A stretch of 61,901 nt of DNA, counting the filler. It is 4 parts of 4 records of this genome, joined end to end, with 100 filler letters (N's around TTAATTAATTAA, not from the genome) between each part and the next. Parts side by side here need not be neighbours in the genome. Positions count along the whole stretch, not along the records: positions 1 to 29,807 come from SRR20825019_685; 3 more parts are not named here. One strand, written 5' to 3'. The stretch's first letter is position 1. Each line of letters begins with the position of its first letter. Made by a program: the position numbers and the translations under genes. The notes below the pieces were generated by a model. The model was not told the DNA's origin, did no database searches, and was given only the letters and a program-made list of their open reading frames with translations. Below are positions 18,396 through 26,866 of the stretch, one piece after another.

Positions 18396-20945
18396 CTAGA
18401 GATCCCGCAGCAGTCGCGCCGGTCTGGCCGAGGCCGCGCGCAGGATCGTCATGGCGCCCAGAATGGCGGTGATGGCAATGGCGACGGCCAGCACCACGAT
18501 GATAATGTCGAGCTTGAGGGTGAACTCGACCGCCAGCAGCAATCCGCTGACAAAGCGGCCCATGCCGATGCCCAGCACCAGGGCGGGAATCGCCGCCAGC
18601 ACCGCCAGCACCAGATATTGCAGGAAAGCCGAGCCGATCAGTTCGGACCGGGTGGCGCCCAGCACCTTGGTGATGATGGTGTCGGCCTCGCGCTGGCGGC
18701 GCCCGGTCGAGAGCGAACCGATCAGCACCAAGAGGCCATTGCCAACCGCCAGACCCCCGATCAGGCTGGCGGCAAAGGAGAGCTGGCCGAGTGCATCGGT
18801 CACTTGCTTGAGCGTGTCGCCCACCGAGATGAAGCGGATATCGGGCAATTCAGACGCCAAGAGCCGGGTGACGTCCTGTTCCGCGCCGGGCGCGGCGGTG
18901 ACGGCGGCAAACAGCGTTGTGGGATAGTTCTCGATCACGCCGGGCGAGAAGGTGGCGAGAAAATCGATGCCGCCCTGCCAGGAATAGTCGCGGAAGCTGG
19001 CGATGGTGACGGTGACAGCTTCGCCGAAGATCGAAAAGGTCAGCGTGTCGCCCAGATCGACACCCAGCCCATGCCTCAGGCTCTGGTGCAGGCTGACCAG
19101 AGCTGGGCCGGCGTAATCGTCGGGCCACCATTCGCCATCCGTCACGCGCGATGAAGCGGGCAGATGGGTGCGATAGGTCAACGGCACTTCACCGGCGAGC
19201 AGGAATGTGGCTTCCGGGCCGCGCGTCACCAGTTCATCGGCCGGGGTGCCGGCCACATCGACAAGTGCGCCGCGCAGCATGGGGGTGGAGACAAATCGGG
19301 TAATGCCATTGCCCTCAAGCGTCAGGGCCTCGAGGTCCTCCACCTCATCGGGAAACAGGTCGGAGCCGACCAGCGTCGGCGCATCGAAGGCGGAGGCGCC
19401 CAGGAATTCCTGCTGCAGATTGGTCTGCATGACCAGAACGATGATCAGCATGGTCAGCGCCATGCCGGCCGAAACCGCGACGGCGGCGGCGTTCTGCCCG
19501 GCGGCGGAGATATTGCGGAAGGTATGGCGCAGGACGCGCGGCCCGGTTTCGGGCACACGCTTGAGCCCAAGCTGGGCCAGGCGGATGAAGCCCTGGAACA
19601 GAAGGGCGCCGAGCGCGCTCGCCAGGCCAAACCCGAGCACCAGGGCGATATCACCGGTCATCAGCCAGGCCAGGATGAAGAAGGCCAGAATGGCGACCAG
19701 CAAGGGCAGTACCTGCCAGGAGAGCAGCAAGCTGCGCCAATCGACCGGCGGGGCGTCGAGCCCCTTGGAGCGGAACAACAGGACCGGCCGGATGGCCTGG
19801 GACTGCGTCAGCGGCAGATAGGCAAAGGCAAAGGCGGTGACCAGCCCGGTGCCCGCCGCAATGGCCAAAGGCTGGATGTGGACCGCCGGCGTCAGGGCGA
19901 TGCCCACGGCAGCGCCAATCGTGGGCAGGATGAACCAGGCCGCGCTGGCGCCGATGACCAGCCCGATGCCGACCCCGACCAGCGCCAGGGCGGCGACCTG
20001 GGCCAGGAAATGCACGAAGACACGGGCGCGATCGGCGCCGATGCTGCGCAGCACGGCAATGACGCCGGAGCGTTCGGCGATATAGGCGCGCATGCCGGTC
20101 CAGACGCTGACGCCGCCGATCAGCAGCGAGCCCAGCCCGACAATGAGCAGGAAGCGCATGAACAGATCATAATAGCGCACCATCTGCCCCAGCCCGTCGC
20201 GGGCCGAGCGCACGGTCCAGCCGGCACTGCCGAATTGCTCGACGGCGCGGGCAAGCCCCGCATCGATATCGCGGTCGCTGAGGTGGATCTTGTAGCGGTA
20301 CCAGGTGCCCAGGCCCGGCAAGGGCGACGTCCGGTCGCTGACGCCGGCAAAGCCGTCGCTTGAAATCAGTGTCGGCATGCCGAGGCGGAAGCCGCGCACC
20401 GGGCCGTCGGGCAGGCCGATCAGTGTGCCGCGCACCACGAACTCGGTGCCGCCCAGTCCGAAGCTGTCGCCGATAGTGAGGCCGAGCTGGTCGAGCATGA
20501 TGCCATCGATCAGCGCGCCATGCGCCCCATCGACCTCCGCCAGCAAGGCGGCAAGGTCCTGGCCTTGTGCCAATTGCGGGCTGCGCACCTGGCCGAGCAG
20601 GGGATAGGTTTCGCCAACTGCGCTCACATCGGCAAAGGCTTCTTCGTAAAACGTCTCGGCGCGCAGATTGGTGTCGATCACCTGGGCCACCCGGCCCATG
20701 GCTTCCATACCGGCGCGTTCATCCGGGGTGGCCAGGCGGTCGGCGCGGGAGAGTTCGATGTCCCCGCCCATGATCTCGGCGGCGCCGGTTTCGATGGCGC
20801 GGGTAATGCTGGTGCCGACCGAATTGACGCCGGCAATCAGGGCGGTGCCGACGGCCAGGCAGATCACCAGCAACAGGAAGCGCCGCAAGTCACCGCGCAT
20901 ATCGAGCAGGCCGATGCGGGTGGCGGCCCAGAAGCCGCGCATCAC
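18396..20945 (-). CDS. ABC transporter permease, YbbP/FtsX-like
   Basis: Two FtsX-type halves (IAVLRSIGA; TKVLGATR), GGDIEL, overlap with the ATPase gene. Confidence 0.9.
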   Translation of the reverse strand: MMRGFWAATRIGLLDMRGDLRRFLLLVICLAVGTALIAGVNSVGTSITRAIETGAAEIMGGDIELSRADRLATPDERAGMEAMGRVAQVIDTNLRAETFYEEAFADVSAVGETYPLLGQVRSPQLAQGQDLAALLAEVDGAHGALIDGIMLDQLGLTIGDSFGLGGTEFVVRGTLIGLPDGPVRGFRLGMPTLISSDGFAGVSDRTSPLPGLGTWYRYKIHLSDRDIDAGLARAVEQFGSAGWTVRSARDGLGQMVRYYDLFMRFLLIVGLGSLLIGGVSVWTGMRAYIAERSGVIAVLRSIGADRARVFVHFLAQVAALALVGVGIGLVIGASAAWFILPTIGAAVGIALTPAVHIQPLAIAAGTGLVTAFAFAYLPLTQSQAIRPVLLFRSKGLDAPPVDWRSLLLSWQVLPLLVAILAFFILAWLMTGDIALVLGFGLASALGALLFQGFIRLAQLGLKRVPETGPRVLRHTFRNISAAGQNAAAVAVSAGMALTMLIIVLVMQTNLQQEFLGASAFDAPTLVGSDLFPDEVEDLEALTLEGNGITRFVSTPMLRGALVDVAGTPADELVTRGPEATFLLAGEVPLTYRTHLPASSRVTDGEWWPDDYAGPALVSLHQSLRHGLGVDLGDTLTFSIFGEAVTVTIASFRDYSWQGGIDFLATFSPGVIENYPTTLFAAVTAAPGAEQDVTRLLASELPDIRFISVGDTLKQVTDALGQLSFAASLIGGLAVGNGLLVLIGSLSTGRRQREADTIITKVLGATRSELIGSAFLQYLVLAVLAAIPALVLGIGMGRFVSGLLLAVEFTLKLDIIIVVLAVAIAITAILGAMTILRAASARPARLLRDL

Positions 20946-21733
20946 TTGGTCACCGGTTTCTTGGTTGCTGGCTTCCTGGCTGCCGGCTTGCGGGCCGGTG
21001 CCTTTCGCGTGGCGGGTGCACTGGCTGTGGCCGGCTTGGGGGCGGTCGTTTCGGTCAGCTGGCCCTGGGTCATGGTGAACACCCGGTCGGCCTTGGCGGC
21101 GAGAGCCGGGTCATGGGTGATCAATACCACGGCGGTGTTGTTCTTGCGGGCCAGGTCGAACATCAGGTCAACGACGATGGCGCCGGTTTTCTGGTCCAGA
21201 TTGCCGGTTGGCTCGTCGGCCAGCAGCAAAGGCGGGTTGGCGACACTCGCGCGAGCCAGGCCCACGCGCTGCTGCTCCCCGCCCGAAAGGGCCGAGGGGC
21301 GGTGGTCGAGCCGGCCTTCAAGGCCCACGGCTGCCAGTGCCGCGGCCGCCTTTTCGCGCACCTGGGCCATGGACAGCTCGGGCTCGGCGATTTCGAGCGC
21401 CAGGCCCACATTGTCGAGGGCGCTGAGCGAGGGGATCAGGTGAAAGCTCTGGAACACGATGCCCAGGGTATGGCGGCGGAAGCGCGCCAGATCGTCCTCG
21501 TTCAGGCCCGAGAGGTCGCGGTCATTGACCATCACCTGGCCACCTGTGGCCTTTTCCAGCCCTGCCAGCAGCATGAGCAGGGAGGTCTTGCCACTGCCAG
21601 AAGGCCCGACAATGGCCACCACTTCGGCCGGGGCGACGGAAAGCGACACCTTGCGCAGGATGTGCAGCGGGCGCCCGGCGACGTCCAGCGTGTAGTCGAC
21701 GTCGCGCGCGTCGATGATCGATCCGGCACTCAT
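20942..21733 (-). CDS. ABC transporter ATP-binding protein, YbbA/LolD-like
   Basis: GPSGSGKT, VFQSFHL, LSGGEQQR, ADEPTGNLD, ITHD; K/A/P-rich tail. Confidence 0.95.
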   Translation of the reverse strand: MSAGSIIDARDVDYTLDVAGRPLHILRKVSLSVAPAEVVAIVGPSGSGKTSLLMLLAGLEKATGGQVMVNDRDLSGLNEDDLARFRRHTLGIVFQSFHLIPSLSALDNVGLALEIAEPELSMAQVREKAAAALAAVGLEGRLDHRPSALSGGEQQRVGLARASVANPPLLLADEPTGNLDQKTGAIVVDLMFDLARKNNTAVVLITHDPALAAKADRVFTMTQGQLTETTAPKPATASAPATRKAPARKPAARKPATKKPVTK

Positions 21734-21908
21734 ACCCGCAATTTTCCCCTCAATGGCCAAACTGGCATATTTTCATTCTGTTGGCCTCATTATCCAATAG
21801 TGGTTGGGTGATTCGTAACAATGCCGTCAATTGCTGGACTTTTTTTACAGGTTCTGGCCCTAGAGTACTGGCAGACATAAACCACAGGCGGACTTGAGGG
21901 GGTAGGAC

Positions 21909-22430
21909 GTGACTTATTGGCTGCGAACGATTTTGATGGCTTTTGTGCTGGCGGCAACGACGCTGAGCGCCGGCGTGGCCCAGGGTGGCGTGCGGGAATT
22001 GGACCTGCTGTCCTCCTATATCGGGGATTGGCGCGGCGAAGGGGCCCTTGTGGGGGGCGATCAGCCCGAACCCTTCCGCTGCCGGCTGAGCGTGGCGCAG
22101 GGCAATATGCTCAAGATCAACTATACCGGCCGCTGCAGCCTGGTTAATGCGACCCTCTCGATCAGCGGCACCATCGCCTACAATGACGATGCTGGGCGTT
22201 ACGAGGCGGCCATGAGCTCCAATGCCGGCTATACCGGCCTTGCCATCGGCCGGCAGTCCGGCGGCCGGATCAGCTTCGATTTGCGCGAGCAGCAGAAGGA
22301 CCGGGCCGGTGGCGACGTCCGGATCGGCGCACGCATCCTCCTGGTCGATGACCGCATCACCGTGGACTTCGAAGTCGAATTCAACAATTCAGGCGATGTG
22401 CTGACCGCCTCGGTACCGTTCGACCGCTAG
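21909..22430 (+). CDS. Secreted hypothetical protein, beta-rich
   Basis: GTG start after a G-rich RBS, signal peptide-like N-terminus, GDWRGEG, two cysteines. Confidence 0.75.
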   Translation: MTYWLRTILMAFVLAATTLSAGVAQGGVRELDLLSSYIGDWRGEGALVGGDQPEPFRCRLSVAQGNMLKINYTGRCSLVNATLSISGTIAYNDDAGRYEAAMSSNAGYTGLAIGRQSGGRISFDLREQQKDRAGGDVRIGARILLVDDRITVDFEVEFNNSGDVLTASVPFDR

Positions 22431-22448
22431 GGCGGAGGGGATTCCGCT

Positions 22449-22844
22449 ATGCACAAGGGATCCTGTCTTTGCGGTGCGGTCTCGTTCGAAGTGAGCGGGA
22501 GCCTGCCCAGGGCAACGGCATGCCACTGCAGCATGTGCCGCAAGATCACCGGCAATTACGAAGCAGGGGTCGACGTGAAGAAGTCGGCCGTGACGATTAG
22601 CGGGGAAGCTCGCATTACGTGGTTCCGCTCGTCCGAAAATGCGCGACGCGGCTTCTGCTCGACCTGCGGGTCGCAGTTGTTCTTCGAGTTCCTGGGGGCC
22701 GACCTGATCGGTCTGATGCTTGGGGCATTCGATGCGCCGACCGGCGTCAAAGTGTCCGAGCACATATATGTCCAGGACAAGGGTGACTATTACGACATTT
22801 GCGATGGCGCGCCGCAGTACCAGACGGTACCGGGCGCGCCATAG
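22449..22844 (+). CDS. GFA/CENP-V family Zn-binding protein
   Basis: GSCLCGAV, CHCSMCRK, RGFCSTCGS. Confidence 0.93.
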   Translation: MHKGSCLCGAVSFEVSGSLPRATACHCSMCRKITGNYEAGVDVKKSAVTISGEARITWFRSSENARRGFCSTCGSQLFFEFLGADLIGLMLGAFDAPTGVKVSEHIYVQDKGDYYDICDGAPQYQTVPGAP

Positions 22845-22847
22845 GCC

Positions 22848-24128
22848 TTAGAGCTTCACCAGCGTCTTCACATCCACCGGCAGGCCGGTGTCGAAGCTCT
22901 TGTTGGCTGCGATGCCGGTGAGGATCGAGAGTGCGCCATCGCGGTGGTTGGCGCCATAGCCGGGGCGCGGTGTGGCGTTGCCGAAGATTTCCTCGAGCAT
23001 GATCTTGTCGCCGCCGCCATGGCCGCCTTCGCCATGCTTGACCGGCACGATGCGCGGTTCGCCATGCAGGGGGAAGTGATAGAGCTTGACGCCCTTGGCG
23101 GCGCCTTCGGTGTCCGAGGTCGAGCCGGCATTGATATAGGAATTTTCGTGCACGGTGAGTTCCAGGCGCCCGCCGGTGCCGTTGATGGCAACGTTAAAGC
23201 CTTCCCAGGGCGCATAGGCATAGAGCGAATAGGTCATCACCGCCTTGTTGGCGTAGCGCACCATGACATTCATGGTGTCCTCGATCGATATGCCGTCGCC
23301 GAACACGTTCTGGTCGCGCTGGTAGCCGTCTTCCTTCTCGCCGTCCCAGTACAGACCCTTCTGCACCGGGTTCGCGGTCAAATCGATGGCGAAGGGGTCA
23401 TCCTTGGCCGCGTCGACACCCGTGGTGCGGGTATAGGGGGTGAAGACACCCCGTTCCTCGGCATTGGCGCGGCCGTAAAATTTGAGGTCACCCATGGCAA
23501 AGACGGTGTCGGGCTGACTGCCCAACCAGAAATTGACCAGGTCGAAATGATGGGTCGACTTATGCACCATCAGGCCACCCGAATTGCGCTTATCGCGGTG
23601 CCAGCGGCGGAAATAATCGGCGCCGTGGCGGGTGTCGAGCAGCCATTCGAAATGCACCGAGGTCACCTTGCCGATGGCGCCTTCGGCGATCAGTTCACGC
23701 AGCGCCGAATTATGCGGGGCATAGCGATAGTTGAAGGTGACGCGGACCTGCTTGCCGGTGCGCTCGACGGCGTCGAGAATGGCCTGGCACTTTTCCGGGT
23801 CGGTGGTCATCGGCTTTTCGGTGATGACATCGCAACCGGCCTCAAGCGCGGCAATAATGTAGTGGTGATGGGTGCGGTCGATCGAGGTGACGATGACGGT
23901 GTCGGGCTTTTGCTCGGCGATCATCTTGCCGAAGTCTGCGGCCTTATAGGTCGGGACCGCCTGGCCGGAGAGTTCCTCGACCAGCACCTTGTTGGTGAAA
24001 TCCATGCGGACCTGGTTGGTGTCGCACAGGGCCAGCAGCCGGGACTGTTCGCGGTGCGGCCCCAGAATGGCCTCGTAGAACATCCGTGCGCGGCCTCCGG
24101 TCCCCACCAGCGCGTAGGTCTTGGCCAT
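22848..24128 (-). CDS. Gfo/Idh/MocA family oxidoreductase
   Basis: LVGTGGR, TEKPM, HGADYFRRWHR, HKSTHHFD, GHGGGD; start MAKTYAL. Confidence 0.93.
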   Translation of the reverse strand: MAKTYALVGTGGRARMFYEAILGPHREQSRLLALCDTNQVRMDFTNKVLVEELSGQAVPTYKAADFGKMIAEQKPDTVIVTSIDRTHHHYIIAALEAGCDVITEKPMTTDPEKCQAILDAVERTGKQVRVTFNYRYAPHNSALRELIAEGAIGKVTSVHFEWLLDTRHGADYFRRWHRDKRNSGGLMVHKSTHHFDLVNFWLGSQPDTVFAMGDLKFYGRANAEERGVFTPYTRTTGVDAAKDDPFAIDLTANPVQKGLYWDGEKEDGYQRDQNVFGDGISIEDTMNVMVRYANKAVMTYSLYAYAPWEGFNVAINGTGGRLELTVHENSYINAGSTSDTEGAAKGVKLYHFPLHGEPRIVPVKHGEGGHGGGDKIMLEEIFGNATPRPGYGANHRDGALSILTGIAANKSFDTGLPVDVKTLVKL

Positions 24129-24192
24129 TCGATTTTCTCCAGTCTCGATACAAATCCGTGCGCCGTCTCCTCCCGGAGCCGGGCAAAAATGC

Positions 24193-24208
24193 ATCTACCA
24201 TACAAGAT
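24193..24208. promoter_or_regulatory. Possible GntR operator
   Basis: Imperfect palindrome ATCTACCATACAAGAT between the divergent oxidoreductase and GntR genes. Confidence 0.4.
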
Positions 24209-24376
24209 TGCGGAAATGTACTGTTTCTTTCTGCAATTGTGCGGCATGGCGCCGTGTTGGTAGTGCGTGTGGCGAAAAAGGGCCAGAATTCTGTGGAAGA
24301 CAGCAAACGAAGCGAGCCGCTCGCTGCCTATACGGCCCATGGTCCGGAAATGGAATCAGCCCGGGCTGGAGGCAAG

Positions 24377-25042
24377 GTGGGCGAAGCGCTCGAAGGAACC
24401 ATCGCATTTCGCGTCGTCGGCGCCCTGCGCGACGACATTGTCAGCATGGTGCTCAAGCCCGGCGACGTCATCTCGGAAAGCGATATCGCGGCCCGCTATG
24501 GCGTGTCTCGGCAGCCCGTGCGCGAGGCCTTCATACGCCTCGCCCAGCAGGGCCTGTTGCTGATCCGCCCCAAGCGCGCCACCGTGGTCAAGAAGATTTC
24601 CCCCGATGGGGTGCGGCAGAGCCGGTTCATCCGCGAGAGCATCGAAGTCGAAATCATCCGCCGGGTGGCAAGTGATCCGAAACCCGAGACCGGACAGATC
24701 CTGGACGATCTGATCGCCGATCAGGAAGCGGCCTCCTCGGCCAATGACAGCCGTCGCTTTCACAGACTGGATGAATTGTTTCACCGCACCCTGGCCCGGC
24801 TGGCGGGCGTGGAATATGCGTGGCAGTTGATCGACGACCACAAGATGCAGCTCGACCGGGTGCGGTATCTGACCCTGGGCGTGTCATCGAGCCAGCGCGC
24901 CATTGCCGAACACAAAGAGATTGCAAAGGCCGTCAGCAAGGGCGATGTGGTGGCGGCAGAAGCGGCCATGCGGGCGCATCTGGCCCGGGCCGAAGTGCTG
25001 CTCAGCCAGACCATCGAGGACTTTCCCGACTATTTCGAATAG
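24377..25042 (+). CDS. GntR family regulator with FCD domain (alternative start 24350)
   Basis: LKPGDVISE...YGVSRQPVREAF HTH; DELFHRTL, EH, MRAHL; GGAGG before the GTG. Confidence 0.92.
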   Translation: MGEALEGTIAFRVVGALRDDIVSMVLKPGDVISESDIAARYGVSRQPVREAFIRLAQQGLLLIRPKRATVVKKISPDGVRQSRFIRESIEVEIIRRVASDPKPETGQILDDLIADQEAASSANDSRRFHRLDELFHRTLARLAGVEYAWQLIDDHKMQLDRVRYLTLGVSSSQRAIAEHKEIAKAVSKGDVVAAEAAMRAHLARAEVLLSQTIEDFPDYFE

Positions 25043-25145
25043 CCCTGCATGCAGGTTTGTTGGAACCGGGGCGCTGCGGCGCCCTTGTTCTTGAACGGGT
25101 GCGCCAATAGGTTGCCCGGCAGATTGAAGATCGGGAGACAAGCGC

Positions 25146-26120
25146 ATGAAAACGCGGCGGCTGGGCAAGACGGGTTATGAGGTCAGCGAGATTGGCCTGG
25201 GATGCTGGCAGCTTGGCGGCGATTTCGGGCCGGTGGGTGATGAGACGGCCGATGCTATTCTCGGCCATGCCCTTAATGCCGGGATCAGCTTCTGGGATAC
25301 GGCCGACGTTTATGGCGGGGGGTTGAGCGAAAGCCGCATCGGTGCCCATGCCAAAGGGCCCAATGTCATCATCGCCACCAAACTGGGTCGCGGGGCCGGC
25401 CTTTATCCGGATGGCTATTCCAAGCAGGCCGTGCGCGAGAGCCTGGTGGCTTCGGCCAAGCGCCTGGGCGTCGACGCGCTCGATCTGGCACAACTGCATT
25501 GTGTGCCGACCGATGTGCTGCGCGATGGCGCGATCTTTGGCTGGATGGACGAGCTCAAGGCCGAAGGGCTGGTGCGCCACTGGGGTGCGAGCGTTGAAAC
25601 CATCGAGGAAGGCCTGATTTGCCTGGACCAGCCCGGCTGCGCCACGCTTCAGATCATATTCAACCTGTTCCGCCAGGACGCGGTTGAAGAGCTCTTGCCC
25701 AAGGCGGCCGAAAAAGATGTCGGCATCATCGTGCGCCTGCCTCTGGCCAGCGGGTTGCTGAGCGGCAAATATGACAAGAACACCCAATTCGATGCCAGCG
25801 ATCACCGCAGCTACAATCGCGACGGCGCGGCCTTTTCGGTGGGTGAGACTTTCTCCGGCATTCCTTTCGAGCGCGGCGTCGAGCTGGTGCAGACCCTCAA
25901 GGGCTTTGCCCCCGAAGGCGTGCCGCTCAGCCAGTTCGCCCTGCGCTGGATTCTCGATCACCCGCAGGTCTCGACAGTCATTGCCGGCGTCTCCAAGCCC
26001 GAGCAGATCGCCGACAATGTCGCCGCTTCCGAGCGCAAGAGCCTGTTCCCGGCGCTGATCAAGCAGCTCGGCGAATGGTATGACGACGAGGTCAAGCCGG
26101 AGATCCGCGGCGGGGTGTAG
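25146..26120 (+). CDS. Aldo/keto reductase
   Basis: SEIGLGCWQ, DTADVYG, ATK, LDLAQLH, PLASGLLSGK. Confidence 0.95.
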   Translation: MKTRRLGKTGYEVSEIGLGCWQLGGDFGPVGDETADAILGHALNAGISFWDTADVYGGGLSESRIGAHAKGPNVIIATKLGRGAGLYPDGYSKQAVRESLVASAKRLGVDALDLAQLHCVPTDVLRDGAIFGWMDELKAEGLVRHWGASVETIEEGLICLDQPGCATLQIIFNLFRQDAVEELLPKAAEKDVGIIVRLPLASGLLSGKYDKNTQFDASDHRSYNRDGAAFSVGETFSGIPFERGVELVQTLKGFAPEGVPLSQFALRWILDHPQVSTVIAGVSKPEQIADNVAASERKSLFPALIKQLGEWYDDEVKPEIRGGV

Positions 26121-26126
26121 GGTTTG

Positions 26127-26151
26127 TTCCTCTCCCCAAGGGGGAGAGGAA
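26127..26151. repeat. REP-like palindrome / bidirectional terminator
   Basis: TTCCTCTCCCC-AAG-GGGGAGAGGAA; related hairpins at 29779-29801 and about 15089-15109. Confidence 0.6.
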
Positions 26152-26159
26152 TAGAGGGT

Positions 26160-26435
26160 TCACCGCCCCTGGTGGGCTTTCACATAGGCCTTGAGCACAT
26201 CCTGCATGCGGGTGATGTGGCCCTTGCCCTGGCGCTTGAAGAAATCGAAGACTTCAGGATCGAGCTTGAGGTGAACTGAAGTGCTGCCACGCGGCGGTTC
26301 CCACACGGCATTCTTCCAGAACTCATCACCGAGCTCAGGACCTTCGGGTGCGTCGGGGTTGTGGTGGATTTCGCCCGCATCTTTCATGCGGCGGATTTCA
26401 TCGAGCGAGATGCGCTTCCAGTTCTCTTCGGTCAC
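26160..26435 (-). CDS. brnA: BrnA family antitoxin
   Basis: FWKNA...VHLKLDPEVFDFFKRQGKGHITRMQDVLKAYV ribbon-helix-helix-type C-terminus. Confidence 0.9.
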   Translation of the reverse strand: MTEENWKRISLDEIRRMKDAGEIHHNPDAPEGPELGDEFWKNAVWEPPRGSTSVHLKLDPEVFDFFKRQGKGHITRMQDVLKAYVKAHQGR

Positions 26436-26673
26436 GTCGACCTCCTTGCCAGGCGGAAATCAACCGGGTTGCGCCATTTCTTTCGGTATGGATGACCACG
26501 TAGCAGGTGTCATCGACCATGCCGATCGACTTGTAGCGAACCTCGCCATAGTCATGGCGACGGTCTTCCCTTTTAAGTGTTGGGCCGTCGAAAATCAGGG
26601 CCGCAACGAAAATGTCTACGCCATGCTTGGCTAGATTGTGTTGGCGCTTTGCTTCATTCCATTCGAAGTCCAA
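26398..26673 (-). CDS. brnT: BrnT family ribonuclease toxin (TTG start inferred)
   Basis: FEWNEAKRQHNLAKHG, DYGEVR, RLISA; overlaps the antitoxin. Confidence 0.9.
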   Translation of the reverse strand: MDFEWNEAKRQHNLAKHGVDIFVAALIFDGPTLKREDRRHDYGEVRYKSIGMVDDTCYVVIHTERNGATRLISAWQGGRRDRRELEAHLAR

Positions 26674-26759
26674 TTGCCCGCTCCGATTGTTTTGATTTTC
26701 TGCATCCCTATTTTCTCCGAAAACCAAAACCACGGAGTCGGCGCAATTGCCTAAGTGAC

Positions 26760-26782
26760 TGTGTACACAAAAAGTGTACACA
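26760..26782. promoter_or_regulatory. Putative BrnA autoregulatory operator
   Basis: Perfect inverted repeat TGTGTACAC-AAAAA-GTGTACACA upstream of brnT. Confidence 0.6.
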
Positions 26783-26866
26783 GGTCAAACTGCAGTTGAT
26801 CCTCTAGCGGATCACCCCCACCGCACCTAGGTTAGAGCCAAACAGAATTTCAAGAAGAGTAGCCTC

